A DNA stretch of 59,781 nucleotides, filler included, from Sluysia triapertura (Eukaryota): the NCBI GenBank assembly GCA_046118255.1. It is 4 parts of 4 records of this genome, joined end to end, with 100 filler letters (N's around TTAATTAATTAA, not from the genome) between each part and the next. Parts side by side here need not be neighbours in the genome. Positions count along the whole stretch, not along the records: positions 45,336 to 59,781 come from JBJNIA010258848.1; 3 more parts are not named here. One strand, 5' to 3'. The notes under the pieces were generated by a model. It had not been told where the DNA came from, made no database searches, and was given only the letters and a program-made list of their open reading frames with translations. This document shows positions 53,301 through 59,781 of the stretch, piece after piece (position 1 is the stretch's first letter; every line of letters begins with the position of its first letter). The position numbers and the translations under genes were made by a program.

Positions 53301-53875
53301 TAATTTTTTTACAAATTTTTTTATAACCGACATCATTGTGAAATGACATTGAATTTTTAAACAGATCGGATTGGACTACGAACAAATTTACTATACGAGG
53401 ATTTTTATATTACATGAAATATTATCAACATTATCAATAATATTAAAATTATTGATAAGATAATTTTGATTTTTATAAGTCAATATCCTAAAATATAGGA
53501 AAAATCAATTTTTAGCTTTAATATTGTAAGGACCTCGATATATTGAGGAGAAATTTTCCACTTAAATTTCCAAGAAGATTTAGATCATAAAATAATAATT
53601 ACGTTTTATTTTGTATTGTAACCTATTATAAGCATGCATTTAGTTTAATAATATAATTCAAAAGTTAATTAAGTTTTTTTTATTTATTATGCTATTTAAA
53701 ATTAAGACCCTCGTAACAAAATTGTTTGAAACATGTTGAACGTAATATTTTAAGTAACTACAGTAAGATTATCAACTTATTAGTTCGGTTAAAAATTCTT
53801 AACCGACTGTTTGATGGCAACACAAACAAAGTTATTCTGTCAAAAAACGTACTACTACTGGATTTCGGACAAAAA

Positions 53876-53912
53876 ATGACGTATTACTACGTCACGGCCA
53901 GTAATGAGTTAA
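53876..53912. mobile_element. piggyBac-type terminus
   Basis: The reverse complement reads TTAA-CTCATTACTGGCCGTGACGTAGTAATACGTCAT: a TTAA target followed by a TIR with a GACGTA/TACGTC palindrome. Confidence 0.55.
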
Positions 53913-54396
53913 TAAATGAAAAAAATATTATTCATATAAGTTTTAAACCTTCATTTTCATCGAACTACAATAAATTAGCGAGAAATTTCACAACTGATTG
54001 TAATATAGAATCGTTTTGTTTAATTAAAGATACTTCTACACTTTAATTAAAAATAATCTATCCCTTCAAGAGACGAATTAATCTCTACATGACCAACAAG
54101 TTAAGACTGTCTTTCTATTCTCAAAGTAAATTTAAATCGCAACATTCGAAATCATTGCGATTTTCTGTAGCACACTCAGTTATATTAAATGACATTTAAA
54201 AATTTTTAAAAAGGTGTTTTATGTTTTTCAAACAATAATATTGCAAAATAAAGACAAAAGCAACAATAACAATGACAACAGCAGTAGCAACAAGAAAAAA
54301 AATAAATTTTAATATTTGAGAGTTTGAATTCGATGAAAAGTATAAAGATGTAAAAATTCAAATTAAATTGTAAATTGTTATATAATGTTGATTTAA

Positions 54397-55659
54397 CCCT
54401 TAACCCCTTCACGATACATTCAGGTGCTGTTACTGTTCAACTACAATGACTACCATGTTAGGTTCACCGGCTTTCCATGTTGATCCAGAATAATTACTCC
54501 GACACAGTCACGTGTCTCATGTTAAGTATACGTTTTTTTATTATATATACCATAGTAGACCACATGTGAAGTTTTATTTACATTGTGCCAGTATCTACTT
54601 GGGTTAGCATTTTTGTCGGAAGATTTATTTATTTATTCATATGACTTTATTAATAAGTAAAGCGAAACCGTACCGTCAGTGCGTCGTCTGTGGTTCCAAA
54701 AAGAACAAAAAAGACAAAAAAAGTGACAAAAGAAACTATATACTATTGTGAAGATTATGATGTTGCCTTTGGTGATAATATGTTATTGAATAGTATAATT
54801 ATGAAACATTGATTTAGTGATATGTTATGGTTTAATATATAATGATATTGTTTACAGAATGTGAGGTCATTACCGACTAATGACTTATTTGATTATTTGA
54901 TTAACATTAAATGACAATAAAAAAATTTAAATTTTAATGAATTAAACTTTGCAATGGCGTTACCCCATAAATTATGAAGGATGAAAAACAAACGAAGATA
55001 ACACATAAATGTTTTATAGACATAACATTTAATAGTGTAAGAGGCTGGAATCACAAAAAAACAGTAGAATTAATAGCAGCTCTTACTTTGATCCTTTATG
55101 CAATCTGATCAGGTTTGATCTGATCAGATCAAAATCTACAGGCTTGAATTTGAAAGTTTCGGTTTGGCATCTTCTAGTAATAAGTTTGATTGGATGTCCA
55201 GTTTAACGTTATATTAATTATCTCTGGTGCCATTGCATCGACTCTTGTTGCGGCTAGAACTTTTTGATTATATATAACTTCATGTATGTCACACAAATCT
55301 CCATTAGTAATTATAATTTCAACATTTCCACAAACATAAAAAACCATTTCCGTAGAACCAGCATTCTTTAAATCATTTACGATCATTTCGTCGTAATCAC
55401 TTTCGTCGATTATACTATCAGTATCGGTGATGGAATTGTTGATGTTGAAATGGTCTTGTAAATTTGAAAAAATTAATTTAGTTTGAATCGGAGTAATAAT
55501 TGTTGATGTAGAAGCCCCAGAAATTTGAATTTGATGTTACGTTACTGCACGCAGTTTATTTATCAGAATTAAGTAGTACTTTTCATTATCTACAAACTGA
55601 GCAAAAATAGTATTTCACTACTACTATCGCTTCCATAATTATTTGAGTTTGCAAAAGGG
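54397..55659. mobile_element. piggyBac remnants bounded by TTAA-CCC ends
   Basis: TTAACCC at 54393 and GGGTTAA at 55657-55663. The plus strand at 54660-54775 gives KPYRQCVVCGSKK...KETIYYCEDYDVAF (piggyBac C-terminal Cys-rich domain). An acidic N-terminus-like ORF lies on the minus strand at 55174-55460. Confidence 0.65.
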
Positions 55660-55892
55660 TTAAAAAAATGAGGTGTAAGTTACAGGAAAGAAAAAATATG
55701 ACAGAATGTTAGGAAGAATGGAGAGTACTTTTGTAGAAATTTCATTGTTATAAAAACTGTCTAATTTTAAGTTTTTAGTGGTTATATTATACATTTTTTT
55801 ATATTTATAAATTGTACTTATGTTAAAAATAAAAAAATATTACGATATTATTTTTATTCTGTATGAAAATTTTTGTTGATACTTCCTCCTTC

Positions 55893-55933
55893 AGAGTTGT
55901 CCCGCTTTGCCCATCTAAAAATCTGGTCACCTT
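55893..55933 (-). mobile_element. hAT-Blackjack-like terminus fragment
   Basis: CAAGGTGACCAGATTT...AAAGCGGGACA resembles TAGGGTGACCAGA-type TIRs. Confidence 0.4.
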
Positions 55934-56194
55934 GTGAAAACCACAAAACTTCATTAAAGTCCAAAAACCCGAAGACTTTGTTAAATAAATATTATTAAAT
56001 AAGGACATTATTTTTCTGATAAATCACTTTATCCGTTTAACTATTAATGAAAAGTATATTTATTAGCCAACTTAATATTTGAATAAAAAATCTCTTCAAC
56101 ATTATCAAAAAATCCATTTTTAGATAATTGTTAAGTGATATTATTGGAAAATCGATATTCTGTAATGAAATTAATTACTAATTAAAAAACTAAC

Positions 56195-57019
56195 GCTAAT
56201 ATAGCTCCACCACCTTTATGAATATTATTAGCATAAATATCAAAATCTACATCATTATTTATCTCTAAATTATTTATTTCTGTATATCCCATTACACATT
56301 TGTATAAGAAATGTAATCCATCTAATTGATGTGGTTGCAATTGAGAAAATAAATACTCATTGATATAAACATCCTGTACCTGAGTAGCAACTAGATTATT
56401 AAAGTACTAAAGCTAATAAATAAAAAGTAAATAAAATTACAAAAAACTTAGCTGGGGGACGAGGCATTGCATGTAATTTATTAAAGTGTGGCTTTGGAGA
56501 AACTCTTTCAATACATGAAGGATTAACACAAGCAGCAAGTGGTACCCGAAAGTTATTATGACTATTAATATCATTAATATCACTAATATTGTTACTAAAA
56601 TTATTCAAATCTGAAAAATTTATTTTATTTATTATTTGAATCATTGTATTTCCTATACAAAAAACAGAATCAATTTCTATTGATTTCTTTAGCATTTTTT
56701 TCGGTAATGTCCCCAACACTTTCTTATTCTCATCAAAAGCTTTAACTGTTTTGTTGCTAACAGCAATATAACCATCGACTTGCCATGTCTTATGCTAATT
56801 CATAAAATAGAAAAATAAAAGAATACTTTTTTGTTAGATACCTTTCCATATGTTATGGAATAAAATTCAACATCGTCTAATAAATATTCTAATAAAAATT
56901 TTAATACTTGTTTTATTGTCATCAACTGAAAATTTTGAAGCCGAAAAATTAGAATCATTTTCAATCCGTAATACTTTAGAGACACAACCAACTTTACTAG
57001 GAGCATTAGATCTTTTCAT
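56195..57019 (-). CDS. RAD54B: DNA repair and recombination protein RAD54B, 5' part; exons 57019-56908, 56876-56827, 56794-56441, 56406-56195
   Basis: MKRSNAPS start (RAD54B MRRSAAPS), FYSITYGKVSNKKHKTWQVDG (KKHKKWEGD), HAMPRP, and DVYINEYLFSQLQPHQLDGLHFLYKCVMG...GGAILA. Phase-consistent GT-AG introns of 31, 32 and 34 nt. Confidence 0.92.
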
Positions 57020-58192
57020 TTTTGTTTATAGTAAAAATGTACTATTAATTATTAAATTGTAACAATTTTACTGTATATTACTTGAAAATTAATCTTCGTT
57101 GACGCTTTGATATAATATATTATTATAACAAAAAGAATTAATTAATTATTTAAGTTTCAAAAAATTCTAAATGTCATAGTTTTTATTTTAAAATGAATAT
57201 TCATGCAAAATCAAAAAATTAGTGACCGATTACAATTCATAAAAAATAAGTTCGTTATTATATGTTTCGGATATAAATATAAATTTAATAAATAGTTAGA
57301 AATTAAATGATATACAAAAATAAATAAATGTACGATAAAAATTCAAAAAATAAATATAAGAATAAATAAAAATATTTTTAAAAAATCATAAACCTTAAAT
57401 CTAACAAAATAATACTACTTATAGTTCAGGTTATATTCCACGACTTATAGCTAACAGTGAGTTAGTTCATAGCCTCAACGAAATTAGTTAACCAAGATAA
57501 CTTTATACAAAGGTTCTGAATTTAGTTTCAAATTATTCTCACTAATCAACAATAGACTTATGTGAGGTTTTTAAAGTTATTTGCATAATACCGGCCAATT
57601 ATTAATCTCTTTCTATACACTTCAGTCGATTATAAAAATCAAAAATAATAATTAAAAAAATAATCACTATCAAACATACTGCAAAACAAAATATTCACAA
57701 ATAAAATAGACAAAGCAAAAGTAATAAGACGATTATTAACTTTTTGTAATTTTAATTTGATAAAATATTAGTCAATATTTTTAACCTCATCAAATAAATC
57801 AGAGATAAATTATTTTATTTACGATTTTAAAATTCTTTTAATGAAATTAAAACCATATCACAAATTAAATTACTTATAAATTATTACACTCCAAGGTTGT
57901 CTGGCCTTGGTGTATATCGTATTTAACTTATCAAGCAGTTTAAGTAGACAAACAGTAGTTTGATAAATTTCTTCGTCCTTTGTAGAACTGAATTTGAGTA
58001 ACTCCGAAACAAGAAGTATTTGTAATTGCTATTGTTGTTATTGTCAGTCTAATTATCAAGAGGTTTTGATGATTTGTGTGAGAAAGTGTTTGATTGTAAG
58101 ACTTAGGATTGATTGGATGATGAGAGAGTATAAAATGAAAAATTTCACAACACAATCACGTTATCAAAATCCATGTTTGGGTGAGTTATAAT

Positions 58193-58260
58193 GGACTGAT
58201 CGGGGATCGAACCCGGGACCTTCGCTGCGCAGTTCGAATGCTCTACCACTGAGCTATTTA
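58193..58260 (-). pseudogene. tRNA-derived sequence (SINE head or tRNA pseudogene, Cys/Ala-like)
   Basis: TAGCTCAGTGGTAGAGC (A box, D arm) and GGTCCCGGGTTCGATCCCCG (B box, T arm). The acceptor stem does not pair and the anticodon arm is degenerate. Confidence 0.8.
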
Positions 58261-59016
58261 TTTTATTATAGTCAATACTACCATCGTGGCACTTTAGGCC
58301 TTTTTACCCCAACAAAGTAGTTGAATTAGTCTTTATCAAGCGTAGTGCAACGCTTTAGCTAGTAAATTTATTTAGTATTATTTTTAAGCACATTAAAATC
58401 CTAATAGATCGCCTTTGACCAGATGTAAGTCGTCTCTGTTAGGTGAACTCTTTCTCCAGATAAAAATATTTTTGCAAGAGTTTTTAGTATAAAAACACAG
58501 CATTTGTTTTTAAGCTATCGATAAATTGATTTTTAGTAGACTCCTTCCCAATTTATCTTATAGTTTCTTTGTTGTTAAATTAGAGTAGAATGGAATAATT
58601 TGAAAATATATAAATATTATTATTTTTCAAATTTTAATTTTGGTTGCGTCACATCTGACTCTTTTTGGACAAATTACTGTGTGCATAACATTATTATAAA
58701 AGTTTTTTTGTTGATTTTCTTTTAATTATAATCATTTTTAGATAATTCATTCATATTATTGTTAAAGTAGAGATTTACTTTAGTAAATCTTATTTGGTAA
58801 TTATTATAACACTGACTTTTTTTACTGATTTGAATTGAGAAACATAAATTCTGTTGTGGTTGAATAGAATTAAATTAATAGAATTTGAAATAATTTGTAT
58901 TTAATTTAGTGAGAAGTGAAAATATTAAGATTTCGTTAAAGTAAATTAAGCTATTACTGATTTATTATTAATAATTTCAAAGACACAACAATGACAGTGC
59001 CAAAGAATGAATTTAA

Positions 59017-59202
59017 CACTAGAAGGACCAAGTGAGTCATTTGACGCAAGTGACATATTTGAGTAATGCCATCACCGGAGTTTACATAGGAAAATTATGA
59101 AAAAAAATAAGATGATGTTGTAATCTTAAATCCAAACACACTTCTGAAAATATCAGCCAATTGCAAGCTTTCTAGGTATTAAAAATTCTGGCCCTTTTAG
59201 TG
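59017..59202. mobile_element. piggyBac-type MITE, 186 bp, complete
   Basis: TTAA on both flanks (59013-16, 59203-06) and TIRs CACTAGAAGGACCA / TGGCCCTTTTAGTG (12/14 match). Confidence 0.85.
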
Positions 59203-59781
59203 TTAAAATTGTATGGAACAATTTGCTCAAGGTATAAAAATGTAAAGGATAATTTGATAATTTTTATGTTAAAGGATAATTTGATAATTTTTATGTTTTT
59301 GGAAACATGCGTTTTTTAAAATTTTATTGTATATTTTTATTAATATTATTATTATAAAATTTTAATAATTAAATAAAATATTATTATTATAAAATTTTTA
59401 ATAATTAAATAAAATTTTTAAGAATTTAAATAAAATTTCTGATTTTAATAAAATTATAAAAATTATAAATAATAATTAAATAATAATTTAAAATAATTAA
59501 TAATTTTATCGGGGATTATTAATTATATTTATTTTGAATATTTATTTTAAAAATTTTCGAGAATATTTTGTTTAAATTAATCAGTAAATTAATCAGAAGA
59601 CATATTGGAAATATTGCTATAAATAGGTAAAATTTTTATAAATCAAACACAAAGAATTTAGTTAAGAAGAAGAAGTAAAATTTTAGGATCAGAAAAAATT
59701 TAGTGAAGCAGAAGAAGAATTAATTTGTTTTAGAATCGAAGTTTTAAGATTTAGCAATTCACAAGTGAAGATATTAAAGAA

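Noticed and set aside
56445-56560. Plus-strand peptide LAGGRGIACNLLKCGFGETLSIHEGLTQAASGTRK resembling RNA polymerase beta'
   Set aside because: It is the antisense of RAD54B exon 3, which has far stronger support.
58193-58260. Functional tRNA gene
   Set aside because: The acceptor stem cannot form and the anticodon arm is irregular.

Overview
This is very AT-rich eukaryotic (animal, ciliated; flatworm-like by inference only) draft-assembly sequence. It is built from at least five contigs, joined by three 100-nt N/TTAATTAATTAA/N linkers and one N gap. Intact spliced exon sets cover only parts of three genes: an axonemal dynein beta-type heavy chain (3 exons, +), an SLC25 mitochondrial carrier (4 exons, +) and RAD54B (4 exons, -, 31-34 nt micro-introns, stopping just before the helicase Walker A motif). 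The rest is transposon debris (Ty3/Gypsy, Tc1/mariner, piggyBac, hAT MITE, Penelope, CR1-like LINE, Polinton, tRNA-derived SINE) and many decayed host-gene fragments (14-3-3, TRIP12-type HECT, netrin NTR, TCF/LEF HMG, RING, SNX-BAR, CCCH finger). The most unusual features are: a Gypsy pol with a retropepsin domain in frame downstream of integrase; a compact mosaic of unrelated gene fragments abutting that Gypsy; a gag/PBS/LTR piece bracketed by about 400-bp inverted repeats; and orphan promoter cassettes with long phased heat-shock elements. All protein assignments come from manual translation and recalled family motifs, not database searches.
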